From assembly GCA_014584465.1 (NCBI GenBank), contig JACTMU010000021.1:9743-73742 (forward strand): 64,000 nucleotides of DNA. The letters run 5' to 3'. This stretch comes from Pseudomonadota bacterium. GTDB taxonomy: Bacteria > Bdellovibrionota > Bdellovibrionia > Bdellovibrionales > JACTMU01. The notes beneath the pieces were generated by a model. The model was not told the origin of the DNA. It saw only the letters and a list, made by a program, of their open reading frames with translations, and made no database searches. Below, in pieces: positions 1 to 8,900 of this stretch. Made by a program: the position numbers and the translations under genes. Every line of letters starts with the position of its first letter. Within the stretch, counting starts at the first letter, position 1.

Positions 1-402
1 ATGCTCTTTGAGCCCCATGAAATTGTAGACAATGAAGGTGAAGAGTCCAACCGCCAAAGTTGTATTGAGATTGTCTGTGGCTGGGGTCATTCCCGGAAGA
101 AGACCAAAGAGATTGTTGACAAAGACAAATATAAAGATGGCGCAAAATAGGGGGATGAATTTTCGTCCCTCTTCTCCGGCAACCATATCAGAAAGTCCCA
201 TGATGAACTCGACAAGAACTTCGCAAATGCCCTTGATCGAAAAACGCCCCGCAGGGGTGATGGCCTTCTCGCCTTTTCCTAAACTTGCTCGTGCCGCCAA
301 TGAAAAGAGTATCAGCAAAAGAGTGACACACGCTGCAGTTGCTACGTGAATGTAGTGGTGTCCCACCCCCGGGATCAGCTGCGTCCAATTAAAGTGTTCC
401 AT
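1..402 (-). CDS. atpB: F0F1 ATP synthase subunit a, N-terminal 134 codons; gene runs off the left edge
   Basis: Absent from the ORF track because no stop lies in the window. Manual minus-strand translation from ATG 402-400 (AGGAG about 7 nt upstream) stays open to position 1: MEHFNWTQLIPGVGHHYIHV...IFIFVFVNNLFGLLPGMTPATDNLNTTLAVGLFTFIVYNFMGLKEH. The NLxGLxPG..PT.D.LNTTLA block is the subunit-a signature. Confidence 0.8.
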   Translation of the reverse strand, partial: MEHFNWTQLIPGVGHHYIHVATAACVTLLLILFSLAARASLGKGEKAITPAGRFSIKGICEVLVEFIMGLSDMVAGEEGRKFIPLFCAIFIFVFVNNLFGLLPGMTPATDNLNTTLAVGLFTFIVYNFMGLKEH

Positions 403-597
403 CCGTTCTCTCCTGGTGTCTTGGGCGATGGGAAAGCCTCTCTCTGGAACGCCGCTATGAGACTTGGAAGAGTTTAGGTCTCTTCATGGCGTGGTGCAAT
501 ACACAAGCTAGGCTCTCAGATCGATTCTCAAAACACGTTTTCGATGAATGTTTTAGGAGATTGGATACAAGGGCCCTGAAATGAAGGCAACATCTTT

Positions 598-1263
598 TTA
601 GGACATTTGAAAAAAACCAGAAAAGGACTCCGTAAAATATCGAGAGACTTTCATGTCTGTTGAGAAGGTGTTGCCTGTCAATTGGGCTTTTCTCTTAAGT
701 TGATTCCAAAAATCCTTTGGATTGGGAAGATGCTCCCAAACACTGGGAAGAAAGGTGCCCTGATGAACCCCATATTCAAGAATCAATCCATCTCGAAAAG
801 GCACGATCTGTTCAAGAAGATCGGCTTCGTTTTGAAAGGTGATTGGTTGGGGTGGTGTGAGGACCGAGATCTGACATCTAAGACTCTCAAGCTCCTTCTC
901 TTGCAGCGGTAAAAAGCGGGGGTCTTCAAATGCTGCGGCATAAGCATTGTGGCAAACGTCATGAGCAAGCGAACGAAAGGGGGTCAGCACTCCGATGCAA
1001 CCGCGAAGTTCACCATTTTTTTCCAAAGTTACAAAGGTGGCACGCACTTGCTCCAACATCTCTGGAAAAGGCAGATCCTTCGGTGGAAGAGCGGGACCAC
1101 GATGCCTCAAGCCATTGAGAATCGATCTCCAGGCCAAGTGAAGCAGATAGCTCTGAACCTCCTTAGGAATTTTCGAGATAGGATCAACAGGGGTTGGTGT
1201 CGTGTTCATAAAACCCGTAGGCTCCATAGCCAACCACTTGGCTCTTGCGTCCCAAGGGGCCAA
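598..1263 (-). CDS. AMMECR1 domain protein (AmmeMemoRadiSam system protein A-like)
   Basis: LRGCIGVLTPFRSLAHDVCHNAYAAAFEDPRFLPL matches the AMMECR1 core. Start is ambiguous (TTG 1263, ATG 1227 or ATG 1209); every option overlaps the upstream MEMO gene stop at 1184. Confidence 0.8.
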   Translation of the reverse strand: MAPWDARAKWLAMEPTGFMNTTPTPVDPISKIPKEVQSYLLHLAWRSILNGLRHRGPALPPKDLPFPEMLEQVRATFVTLEKNGELRGCIGVLTPFRSLAHDVCHNAYAAAFEDPRFLPLQEKELESLRCQISVLTPPQPITFQNEADLLEQIVPFRDGLILEYGVHQGTFLPSVWEHLPNPKDFWNQLKRKAQLTGNTFSTDMKVSRYFTESFSGFFQMS

Positions 1264-2044
1264 GCCCCGCTGTGTCGCCTGAATTTCTCAAATCAAGGAC
1301 CTGGCTTTTTAAGTTCATCTCATGGGCAATTCGTAAAAGGCCAGCGATGGCAATGGCTCCACAGGCGCGGTCGCCATCGAGAAGATCCTTCCATCGTCCC
1401 TCAAGGATGGATCGAGAAGTGCTCTCATCGATCTCTTTGGCAGCATCGTACTCCAAATAGTGGCTCAGATCCGAACTGATCACGATGAGGGTCTCTGGGC
1501 CACCCCAAACCGAGCGCAAGGTCTCTCCGACGTCTTCGGGTGAGATTCGACCCACAAGCAAAGGTAAGATCTTAAAGTCTCCAAGAATCTTTTGCAGAAA
1601 AGGCAAGTGGACTTCAAGACTGTGTTCGTCAAGATGAGCTTCATTGCAAATCTCCACCCACGGATAGACCCGCACTTTCTCAACCAGTGTGGGATCCACA
1701 AGAACTTTTCCAAGAGGCGTCAAAAATGTGGATACATCGGGCAGTGCAATCCCTCGGATCCCAAGTCGATGAGCAGGGCCCACAAGGATCACCTTTTTGA
1801 TCTCATCTCGACGATTCAAAATCTGAGAGTAGGCCGTTCCCGCAACAGCTCCTGAATAGATGTACCCGGCGTGAGGTACGATGAGAGCTTTGGGATGAAA
1901 TCCACCCTTAGATGAGATGGAGACTTTTTGATCCTTCAGAAATGAATCAATGGATGCAGACAACTCTCTTTGATCTTTGGGGTAGAAGAGACCTGCAACC
2001 GCAGGTAGACGAACTTTATCCACTGACAGAATTTTTAATCTCAC
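1184..2044 (-). CDS. MEMO1-family protein (AmmeMemoRadiSam system protein B-like)
   Basis: LIVPHAGYIYSGAVAG and VISSDLSHY motifs typical of the Memo family; 286 aa; sits directly upstream of the AMMECR1 gene. Confidence 0.8.
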   Translation of the reverse strand: MRLKILSVDKVRLPAVAGLFYPKDQRELSASIDSFLKDQKVSISSKGGFHPKALIVPHAGYIYSGAVAGTAYSQILNRRDEIKKVILVGPAHRLGIRGIALPDVSTFLTPLGKVLVDPTLVEKVRVYPWVEICNEAHLDEHSLEVHLPFLQKILGDFKILPLLVGRISPEDVGETLRSVWGGPETLIVISSDLSHYLEYDAAKEIDESTSRSILEGRWKDLLDGDRACGAIAIAGLLRIAHEMNLKSQVLDLRNSGDTAGLGPLGRKSQVVGYGAYGFYEHDTNPC

Positions 2045-2255
2045 TCATTACAAACCGGAGACGTCCAACAAGGCCATCCAGACGGTCTAAATTTTTGTGG
2101 AGCTTGGTCAAAACATCGTTGCCACCACTTTGAGATTCAGAAATCGTAGAAGTTGGCGAGTAAAATGAAACTGTCCCACCGTTTCCAATCAACACTTCGG
2201 TTTCACGAGCTGTCTTCTTCTTACCTGTCGTATTCCCAACATCCATTTGGGCCAT
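2016..2255 (-). CDS. small hypothetical protein (79 aa)
   Basis: ORF-track frame 2016..2279. The ATG at 2255 is preceded by AAGGAGACTCAA. No recognisable motif. Its 3' end overlaps the MEMO start by 29 nt. Confidence 0.35.
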   Translation of the reverse strand: MAQMDVGNTTGKKKTARETEVLIGNGGTVSFYSPTSTISESQSGGNDVLTKLHKNLDRLDGLVGRLRFVMSEIKNSVSG

Positions 2256-2508
2256 TTGAGTCTCCTTCAAAGCAATCACATTTATTCGCTGGGCCTCAAA
2301 GTGCCCCTCTACAGGTCACTTTTATGATACCACACACTCTCATTACAAATCTATATGGGAATTATAAATAATAGCCTCAACGATCAACAACCTAAATTCC
2401 CTTAAATTTTCTATAACTCTCTTGCGACTTGCGTGAACGGGAACAATGCAGCAATCACTCAGTCCGCGTGCAACGGTCAGAAACTGAATTGGAGGCAATG
2501 ACCATCAC

Positions 2509-3147
2509 TCAATATTCGCAACTGAGTGAGTCAAGATCCTCTTTGGTGGGATCACGGCGAATCCTCGCATTTGCCAAGGTCTTTGCCATGACGCTTCCTG
2601 CGTCTTCTTCATTATGAGAAAGACCCAAAACGTGGCCAAGTTCATGAACGACAAGGCTCTCAAAATCAACCATTCCCGATTCACCTTCTTCGCTGGTTGA
2701 AAAATCAAAGCCGTAATCATTGATGATCATGTCTGCTTCATTGATTTGATTGCCCATCCAGTAGACCGTCGTACGTGCTTGCTCGCAGGCACCTGGAGAA
2801 GAGGGCCGTGAGGAACAACGAGTTCCATCTCCCCAACTGTCGCTCCAATAGATGATCGACTGCTGATCTTTAGCGGGAGAGTCTCCTCCAGAGACGACTC
2901 CACCATACTTAAAGAGTTGTCGTCCCCGAGCCCGCTCCCACCGTTCGATCGCCGATAGGATCGCATCGTAATAGTCCTCGGGAACACTCTCATCAATAAA
3001 GATCGTAATGGGGGTCTGATCCTTCCAAGAGACTCGCTGCAATTTACTATTTTGAACAAAATTGCATGAGTTCTCAGGTTGAAAAATCTGCCCGCAAGCC
3101 TGAATGATGGCAATAATAACTAAACCAACGGTCAACTTCAGTTTCAT
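2509..3147 (-). CDS. matrixin-like zinc metalloprotease lipoprotein
   Basis: HELGHVLGLSH zinc motif followed by a SVM Met-turn. N-terminus MKLKLTVGLVIIAIIQAC carries a lipobox. ATG at 3147 has GGAGG upstream; the track's longer start at 3168 is GTG. Confidence 0.75.
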   Translation of the reverse strand: MKLKLTVGLVIIAIIQACGQIFQPENSCNFVQNSKLQRVSWKDQTPITIFIDESVPEDYYDAILSAIERWERARGRQLFKYGGVVSGGDSPAKDQQSIIYWSDSWGDGTRCSSRPSSPGACEQARTTVYWMGNQINEADMIINDYGFDFSTSEEGESGMVDFESLVVHELGHVLGLSHNEEDAGSVMAKTLANARIRRDPTKEDLDSLSCEY

Positions 3148-3323
3148 AATACGTGAGCCTCCACTCACCTCATAGTGCCAAAAGAGTGCCAGAATGAGAC
3201 ACGGGATGAGACTGCTAACGTGTTGAAATTACACAAAAAGAGGTTCCCTCTTTCAGAGGAGATCGTCAACTCCCTGATGGGCTCTGCCATCACAAATCCA
3301 CTCATTTTCCCAAAAAGATCCTA

Positions 3324-3459
3324 AGACATTCGTAATCTATTGAAATTTCTACACAATATAGGTGTCAAAACTTTTGACACCAATTTGCGTCATGGAGCAA
3401 AAGTTGGCGCTCCCTCTCAAGTCCCAAATCCAAGAAAAAATTTCATGATTTCGGACACC
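3324..3459. repeat. degenerate member of the nested-palindrome intergenic repeat family
   Basis: AGACATTCG(3324-3332)..GAAATTTCTACACAA(3342-3356) resembles the left arm of the fadIJ-flanking elements (TAGTCCATTCGGAAAATTCTACGTCACAA). CGTAATCTATTGAAATTT (3331-3348) pairs imperfectly with AAATTTCATGATTTCG (3438-3453). The pair encloses the 21-bp palindrome at 3361. Confidence 0.3.
3361..3381. promoter_or_regulatory. perfect 21-bp palindrome GGTGTCAAAACTTTTGACACC
   Basis: 10-bp arms around a central C, read directly. Lies in the 600-nt divergent gap between the metalloprotease gene and putA. Confidence 0.3.
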
Positions 3460-3751
3460 ACCCACCTTAGGTCGCGGTGAAATCGAAAATAGTGAGGGTT
3501 TTCGAGGCCTTTTGGAGCCAAAATGGCCCCGTTTGAGTTGGCCCTAAGTTTGCTACTAGACTTTAGTGACACACCGGCTCGTTCACAATCGTGAGACCGA
3601 GGGGCCACCAGACACATCAAATTAATCCAACCATCGGCACTTGGGGGGCAAGGCTCCCCAACCCGCCTTTTTTCTTGAATTGGCACAAAAGGTAGTCTTT
3701 AAATTCAACTGCGAAATGAAGTAGTTTATCCCAGATCCGAAATGGGCGAAG

Positions 3752-6700
3752 ATGCTGTCAGATCTGGGTTTCAAAACGTCTGAGAAGGGGTGCGGTTCGA
3801 TGGCTCGTGCAGAGGAGTTGGAGATGGAGATTCGCGGTCAAGGGGAAGAGATCTTTCGTTCCATGGGATCTGAATCAAAGAACATTTTTCATCGAGATTG
3901 GTGGTATGGCCAAGTGATGGATTGGTCTATGAAAAATGTTCGATTTAAGACCCAGATGTTTCGGTTTGTGGATGTTTTACCCACCCTGGCGTCAAGTCAG
4001 GAGGTCACTCGGCACATTCGGGAGTATTTTCAGAAAGATGGTGAATTGCCTCCCATCATGAATGTGGGGCTAGGCGTGGGAGCTCTTGCCCCAGGGCTCG
4101 TGGCAGGGACCATAAGAAAGAATGTCACGCAGATGGCCAAGATGTTTATTACTGGTGAGTCACCTCAGGAAGCACTTCCAACACTTAAGAAGGCTCGTGA
4201 TCAGGGGATTGCATTTACCATGGACCTTTTGGGTGAAGCGACATTGAGTGAAGTTGAGGCTCAGGAGTATCAACATAGATATCTTGAGATGATCAATTGG
4301 CTTGGGGAGAGCTCTTCATCTTGGCCAACCGTGGAGTCGATCGATCGTGGTCACGATGGGACTCTTCTTCCCAAGGTGAATGTCTCAGTGAAATTGAGTT
4401 CCCTCTATTCCCAGATCAATCTTAAGGCGTGGGAAGCAACGAAGTCGATCCTTAAGGAACGCATGCGCCCTCTGTTTCGGGCCACCGTTGCTCAGCGCAC
4501 ATTCTTAAATGTCGATATGGAAAACTACGATCTCAAAGATCTCACACTGGAAGTCTTTAAGGAGATGATCAGTGAGAGTGAGTTTCAAAATTATCCCTAT
4601 TTTGGGATCGTGATTCAAGCCTACCTTCGTGATTCGTTGGCAGATATTGACGATCTTGTCTCCTTTGCCAAGACTCGCAAGGTACCTTTCACCGTTCGTT
4701 TGGTGAAGGGCGCCTATTGGGACTATGAGACCATTGTGGCCTCTCAACGTCATTGGTCGATACCTGTTTATACAAACAAACAGGAGTCGGATGCCAATTT
4801 TGAGAGCTGCGCGAAGGTTTTACTTGCGGCGTTTCCCCATATCCACGTAGCGCTCGCCTCGCACAATGTGAGGTCGTTGTCCGCAGCTTTGGTGGAGGCT
4901 CGTCGTCTTAAGGTTGACCCCAAAGGGTTTGAAATTCAGATGCTCTATGGAATGGCCGAAGGTATCAAAAAGGCTTTTGTGAAACTTGGTTATCGCGTCC
5001 GCGAGTATGCTCCTGTCGGAGAGATGCTGCCGGGTATGGCCTATCTTGTAAGAAGGCTTCTTGAAAACACATCCAATGAGTCGTTTCTGCGATCCAAATA
5101 TGTCGAAGGAGTTTCCGCAGATGAGCTGCTGAAGGATCCGCGCCACAATCTTGTCCCAAGTTCTGCCCATTGGCCTCAGAGCGATCGTTTTGAGAATGAG
5201 CCCCTTGTGGATTTTAAAGTGAAGGTTCAGCGTGACTCGATGAAGGAGGCTTTGAACCAGGTACGAAGAGAAAACCAGGGGAAGAAATGGCCACTGGTTC
5301 TCAATGGGAAAGCCATTTTGAACGGGCGATTCATTGAAAGCCGCAATCCTTCTTCCCCCCAAGAGGTTCTTGCCCAAGTGGCTGTCGCAGGGACGGCTGA
5401 AGCGGAAATGGCTTTGAAGATGGCACGTGATGGTTTTCGAAAATGGTGTCGAGTCTCTGTAAACGAGAGGGCTAGGGTGATTGAAAAGGTTGCCGATCTC
5501 ATTCAACGAGATCGAATGAAGCTCTCGGCGCTTGCAGTTTTGGAGACTGGAAAATCTTGGTCGGAGGCCGATGGGGATGTTGCTGAGGCGATCGATTTTT
5601 GTCGCTATTATGCCGTTGAGATGAAGAGGTTGGGGAAGCCACTTAAGATGGGAAGCGTCTTAGGAGAGACGAGCCTCTATCAATACCGAGGACGAGGGGT
5701 GGCGGTCGTCATTTCACCATGGAACTTTCCGTTGGCAATCATGACGGGGATGGCGGCCGCTGCGCTGGTTGCTGGAAATAGCGTCATCTTAAAGCCAGCC
5801 GAACAGAGTTCGGTGATGGGGGCCTATTTGATGGAACTTCTGCGTGAAGCAGGAGTTCCAAGTGAGGCTGTTCACTTTTTACCTGGTTACGGGGAAGAGG
5901 TCGGCGATTATCTTATTCGGCACAAAGGGGTGGACATCATTGCATTTACAGGTTCGCGTGAGGTCGGACTGCACATTTTGAAGTGTGCATCTGAGGTGAA
6001 AGAGGGACAGCTCAATGTGAAGAAGGTGATCATCGAGATGGGCGGTAAAAACGCCATCATCGTGGACTCCGATGCAGATCTTGACGAGGCCATTTTGGGA
6101 GTTGTCTACTCTGCCTTTGGTTTTCAAGGGCAGAAGTGCTCCGCCTGCAGTCGAGTCATCGTTTTGGAGGAGGTCTATGATCGATTTGTCACTCGGCTGA
6201 TTGAAGCCACTCGAAGCATCAAACTGGGGGCTGCCGAAAATCCCGATTCCTATTTGGGGCCGGTGATCGATGAGGAAGCCTTTAAAAAGATTCGAACCAC
6301 GATTGAAGGCGCAAAGGCGAGGGGGTGTCGCCTTCTGTATGAGGGAGAGGCACCTGCAGGAGGCTATTTTGTGGCTCCTACGATTTTTGGAGATGTGGCT
6401 TCAAATGATCCTTTGGCTCAAGAGGAGATCTTTGGACCCGTATTGGCGGTTTTGCGAGCTCAAAATTTGGATCATGCAATTGAGATGGGCAACGGAACTC
6501 AATATGGCTTAACTGGAGGGCTCTATTCTCGAAGTCCCTCTCATATTGAACGGGTGAAGGAGGAGTTCGAGGTGGGTAACCTCTACATCAATCGAGGGAT
6601 CACTGGAGCTTTGGTCGAACGCCACCCGTTTGGAGGGTTTAAGATGTCGGGCATTGGCAGTAAAACAGGCGGGCCAGATTATCTACTTCAGTATTTGGAA

Positions 6701-6763
6701 CCAAGATGTGTGATTGAAAATACGATGAGACGAGGCTTTGCCCCTACGACTGAAGAGAGTTAA
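3752..6763 (+). CDS. putA: bifunctional proline dehydrogenase / L-glutamate gamma-semialdehyde dehydrogenase
   Basis: 1003 aa with a proline dehydrogenase N-half and an aldehyde dehydrogenase C-half ([32 protein letters not shown] catalytic Cys). No N-terminal RHH DNA-binding domain. Alternative start at ATG 3800 (MARAEELE). Confidence 0.9.
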   Translation: MLSDLGFKTSEKGCGSMARAEELEMEIRGQGEEIFRSMGSESKNIFHRDWWYGQVMDWSMKNVRFKTQMFRFVDVLPTLASSQEVTRHIREYFQKDGELPPIMNVGLGVGALAPGLVAGTIRKNVTQMAKMFITGESPQEALPTLKKARDQGIAFTMDLLGEATLSEVEAQEYQHRYLEMINWLGESSSSWPTVESIDRGHDGTLLPKVNVSVKLSSLYSQINLKAWEATKSILKERMRPLFRATVAQRTFLNVDMENYDLKDLTLEVFKEMISESEFQNYPYFGIVIQAYLRDSLADIDDLVSFAKTRKVPFTVRLVKGAYWDYETIVASQRHWSIPVYTNKQESDANFESCAKVLLAAFPHIHVALASHNVRSLSAALVEARRLKVDPKGFEIQMLYGMAEGIKKAFVKLGYRVREYAPVGEMLPGMAYLVRRLLENTSNESFLRSKYVEGVSADELLKDPRHNLVPSSAHWPQSDRFENEPLVDFKVKVQRDSMKEALNQVRRENQGKKWPLVLNGKAILNGRFIESRNPSSPQEVLAQVAVAGTAEAEMALKMARDGFRKWCRVSVNERARVIEKVADLIQRDRMKLSALAVLETGKSWSEADGDVAEAIDFCRYYAVEMKRLGKPLKMGSVLGETSLYQYRGRGVAVVISPWNFPLAIMTGMAAAALVAGNSVILKPAEQSSVMGAYLMELLREAGVPSEAVHFLPGYGEEVGDYLIRHKGVDIIAFTGSREVGLHILKCASEVKEGQLNVKKVIIEMGGKNAIIVDSDADLDEAILGVVYSAFGFQGQKCSACSRVIVLEEVYDRFVTRLIEATRSIKLGAAENPDSYLGPVIDEEAFKKIRTTIEGAKARGCRLLYEGEAPAGGYFVAPTIFGDVASNDPLAQEEIFGPVLAVLRAQNLDHAIEMGNGTQYGLTGGLYSRSPSHIERVKEEFEVGNLYINRGITGALVERHPFGGFKMSGIGSKTGGPDYLLQYLEPRCVIENTMRRGFAPTTEES

Positions 6764-6970
6764 GGGTATTGCTGTGCGTTGAGAGAACGTTTTGGATTTT
6801 CCGAACTATCTCAGCCTCTTTTTTTTTGGGTAAATTGATTTCCATTTACTTTTAAAAAAAAACATTCAGAATAGATCTTGTTTGGGGGACGGTAGTTTTT
6901 ATCGTTTCTTCTCGAATGGATATGCAAAATGGTTTGCAATCACACAATTTTTGATAAAAGGAATTGTACC

Positions 6971-7231
6971 ATGAAGAGACAAGTGATGACAATTTTGACC
7001 GTTGCAATTGCTTCTTTGATAACTTTAGTTATGAGTTCAACAAGCTTGGCAACCGAAAAGAAGAACTTAAATAACAACCAAAAAATGACTCCGCCACCGA
7101 CTTCAGGAAGTAGTGATGTGAAGGTAGAGTCCAATCAGGACAGTGGTTATGATGCCAACTCTATTGAGGAGGAAGAACAGTTGATCGAAGATGGGTACCA
7201 AGGCGATGATGGTGAAGGGGCAATGGATTAA
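6971..7231 (+). CDS. small secreted acidic protein (86 aa)
   Basis: MKRQVMTILTVAIASLITLVMSSTSLA signal peptide, then an acidic tail ..EEEEQLIEDGYQGDDGEGAMD. AAGGA lies 8 nt upstream of ATG 6971. Confidence 0.5.
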   Translation: MKRQVMTILTVAIASLITLVMSSTSLATEKKNLNNNQKMTPPPTSGSSDVKVESNQDSGYDANSIEEEEQLIEDGYQGDDGEGAMD

Positions 7232-7382
7232 GAATGAGTTAGGGGCGCACGCAGTCGTTGCGTCGATTTGCCCATTTCTTGTGGGCGAAGGGAAATGATT
7301 TTTGCCGTCGGGGTTGATCGACAAGATCAAATTGGAGAACGAGGAAGTGGAAAAAACGCAAGTTGAGCGGGAGATAAGGAGT

Positions 7383-7718
7383 ATGAAAGTGAGTAAAATT
7401 GGGATGCGATCAGATTTTTTGTTGTATGGACTTCTACTTTTTTTTGGATTGTCCTTTGCGGGCTGTACAAAGTGCTCTCGTGAAGAGGGGGCCGAGGCTC
7501 CACCTGCGGTAGAAAAGGAGTCAGATCAGGATTCAGCGGTTGCACCGCCTCCTCCCGGTGAATCGCAGATGGGTGAAGAAGAATCCATGGGTGAATCGGA
7601 TGTGGGGGAAGGTGATGATTCCATGCCATCTGGCGATCAAGGTGAAGCTCATGGTGGCGGTCAGGGCGAGGAGTGGCCTGACGAGGAGCCCATGGATGCC
7701 GAAGAGGATCATGATTAA
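7383..7718 (+). CDS. small acidic lipoprotein
   Basis: LLLFFGLSFAGC lipobox, then a Pro/Glu/Asp/Gly-rich mature region ending DEEPMDAEEDHD. Start is ambiguous (ATG 7383, GTG 7389 or ATG 7404). Confidence 0.55.
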   Translation: MKVSKIGMRSDFLLYGLLLFFGLSFAGCTKCSREEGAEAPPAVEKESDQDSAVAPPPPGESQMGEEESMGESDVGEGDDSMPSGDQGEAHGGGQGEEWPDEEPMDAEEDHD

Positions 7719-7721
7719 TCT

Positions 7722-7880
7722 ATGGTAGGAAGAAGATTCACACTTTCCATAATCATGCTTTTCAGTGTGCTGTCGGCCTTAAGTCTCATGGGCGCAACGT
7801 GTGCTCGTGAGGATGATGGTGCTGGTGGATTTGAGCAGGAACAGCTTCAGGATTCTGATGCGGAGTATGAAGAACCTTAA
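7722..7880 (+). CDS. small secreted acidic protein (52 aa), below the ORF-track size cutoff
   Basis: Manual translation gives MVGRRFTLSIIMLFSVLSALSLMGATCAREDDGAGGFEQEQLQDSDAEYEEP. It has the same layout as the two upstream genes: signal peptide plus acidic tail. No clear RBS. Confidence 0.3.
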   Translation: MVGRRFTLSIIMLFSVLSALSLMGATCAREDDGAGGFEQEQLQDSDAEYEEP

Positions 7881-7946
7881 TCTCGGATCTGGTGGCGGCT
7901 TTGATGATTTTTTGTCTCAATGTCATTGAGACATTCAATAAAAAAG

Positions 7947-8900
7947 TCAGACTTTGTGGACGTGAAGTGAGCCCAGAATGCGATAGAACATAAGAAAGAG
8001 GAGAGCTGCTGCAAATCCAGTTAAGGTTCCTCCAATGTGAGCCATGTGAGCAACTCCCCCTTGCTCAGGTATTGTTCCGAGAAGACCACGAAGATCTGAA
8101 AGCAAAAAGTAGGCAAGGACCACCCAACTCGGAAGATAGACAAAGCCGTGATAGCCTTTGAGGGGCAGGAGGTAGTAGAGGAAAGAAACTCTCCGCTTCC
8201 AATAGAGTATGGAAAAGAGCCCCATGAGACCACTGACCGAACCGCTCGCGCCCACCAATGGAGCTAATGAGAGACCACTTACAGCGACAAATGCGATCGC
8301 TGCAATGATTCCTGAGCCCAAATAGAGAAGAAGAAGTGGAATGCCTCCAACTCTTTTTTCAAGTAGAGATCCAAAAATCAACAGGAACCACATGTTGACC
8401 AGGAGATGCATGAGGTCCCCGTGAATGAACTGATAGGACGTCCAGCGAAAGAGATCGTTGTTGGAGACATTGACTCCAAAGAGGGAGCCGGGCTGATCCA
8501 TTTGAAGTTTTTTGACGTCTTCATAGTGGATCTTCCAGTTGAGGTAGGCCACTTGGTCTCCATGATAAGAGAAATTGGAGGCTTCATCAAAAAAGAGCGA
8601 ATCTCTGAGGGAGAGTACCGCAAGGGTTTTGATCTGAACTGCTTCACCAGCTTCGGCTCGATCCGAGATTTTTTTCAGGATCCGTGAATATCTTTCGGGC
8701 CGACTTCGAATGAATTGTGAGTAGACCTGTCCTTGTATGAGCAGATACTTCTCATCACGAAGACTTTGGTCAAGATCCCAGCGGCTCTTTCCGTAAAGGT
8801 ATGAGGTAAGACAGAAGACGATGACATTGAGTAGGAACAGGAGCCAGGTTATGGGTGCACGACGTGGACTTAACACTCCTTTTAGAAAAGGTAGGATCAT
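7947..8900 (-). CDS. rhomboid-family intramembrane serine protease
   Basis: GASGSVSGLMG (GxSG catalytic Ser) and AHIGG (catalytic His) within a multi-TM C-terminal half. The start ATG overlaps the upstream gene stop (ATGA at 8897-8900). Confidence 0.8.
   Translation of the reverse strand: MILPFLKGVLSPRRAPITWLLFLLNVIVFCLTSYLYGKSRWDLDQSLRDEKYLLIQGQVYSQFIRSRPERYSRILKKISDRAEAGEAVQIKTLAVLSLRDSLFFDEASNFSYHGDQVAYLNWKIHYEDVKKLQMDQPGSLFGVNVSNNDLFRWTSYQFIHGDLMHLLVNMWFLLIFGSLLEKRVGGIPLLLLYLGSGIIAAIAFVAVSGLSLAPLVGASGSVSGLMGLFSILYWKRRVSFLYYLLPLKGYHGFVYLPSWVVLAYFLLSDLRGLLGTIPEQGGVAHMAHIGGTLTGFAAALLFLMFYRILGSLHVHKV

Noticed and set aside
32-349. 105-aa plus-strand ORF at the window start
   Set aside because: It is antisense to the partial atpB gene, whose translation carries the subunit-a signature.
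3525-3610. tRNA/tmRNA-like segment: GGCCCC...GGGGCC complementarity with a 3' end reading CCACCA
   Set aside because: Manual folding gives no 7-nt T-loop (GTTCACAATCG, not GTTCGAATC), no D-arm, a 5-nt rather than 7-nt anticodon-like loop, and 4 extra nt between the T-like stem and the acceptor strand. It is not a tRNA or tmRNA.
3417-3686. 89-aa minus-strand ORF in the putA upstream gap
   Set aside because: GTG start without an RBS, no motif, and it overlaps the repeat and hairpin structures. More likely non-coding.
7914-7932. Palindrome GTCTCAATG-T-CATTGAGAC between the acidic-protein genes and the rhomboid gene, flanked by T6 upstream and A6 downstream
   Set aside because: The polarity is wrong for an intrinsic terminator on either strand, because the U-tract would precede the hairpin. 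Its function is unclear and it is probably incidental.
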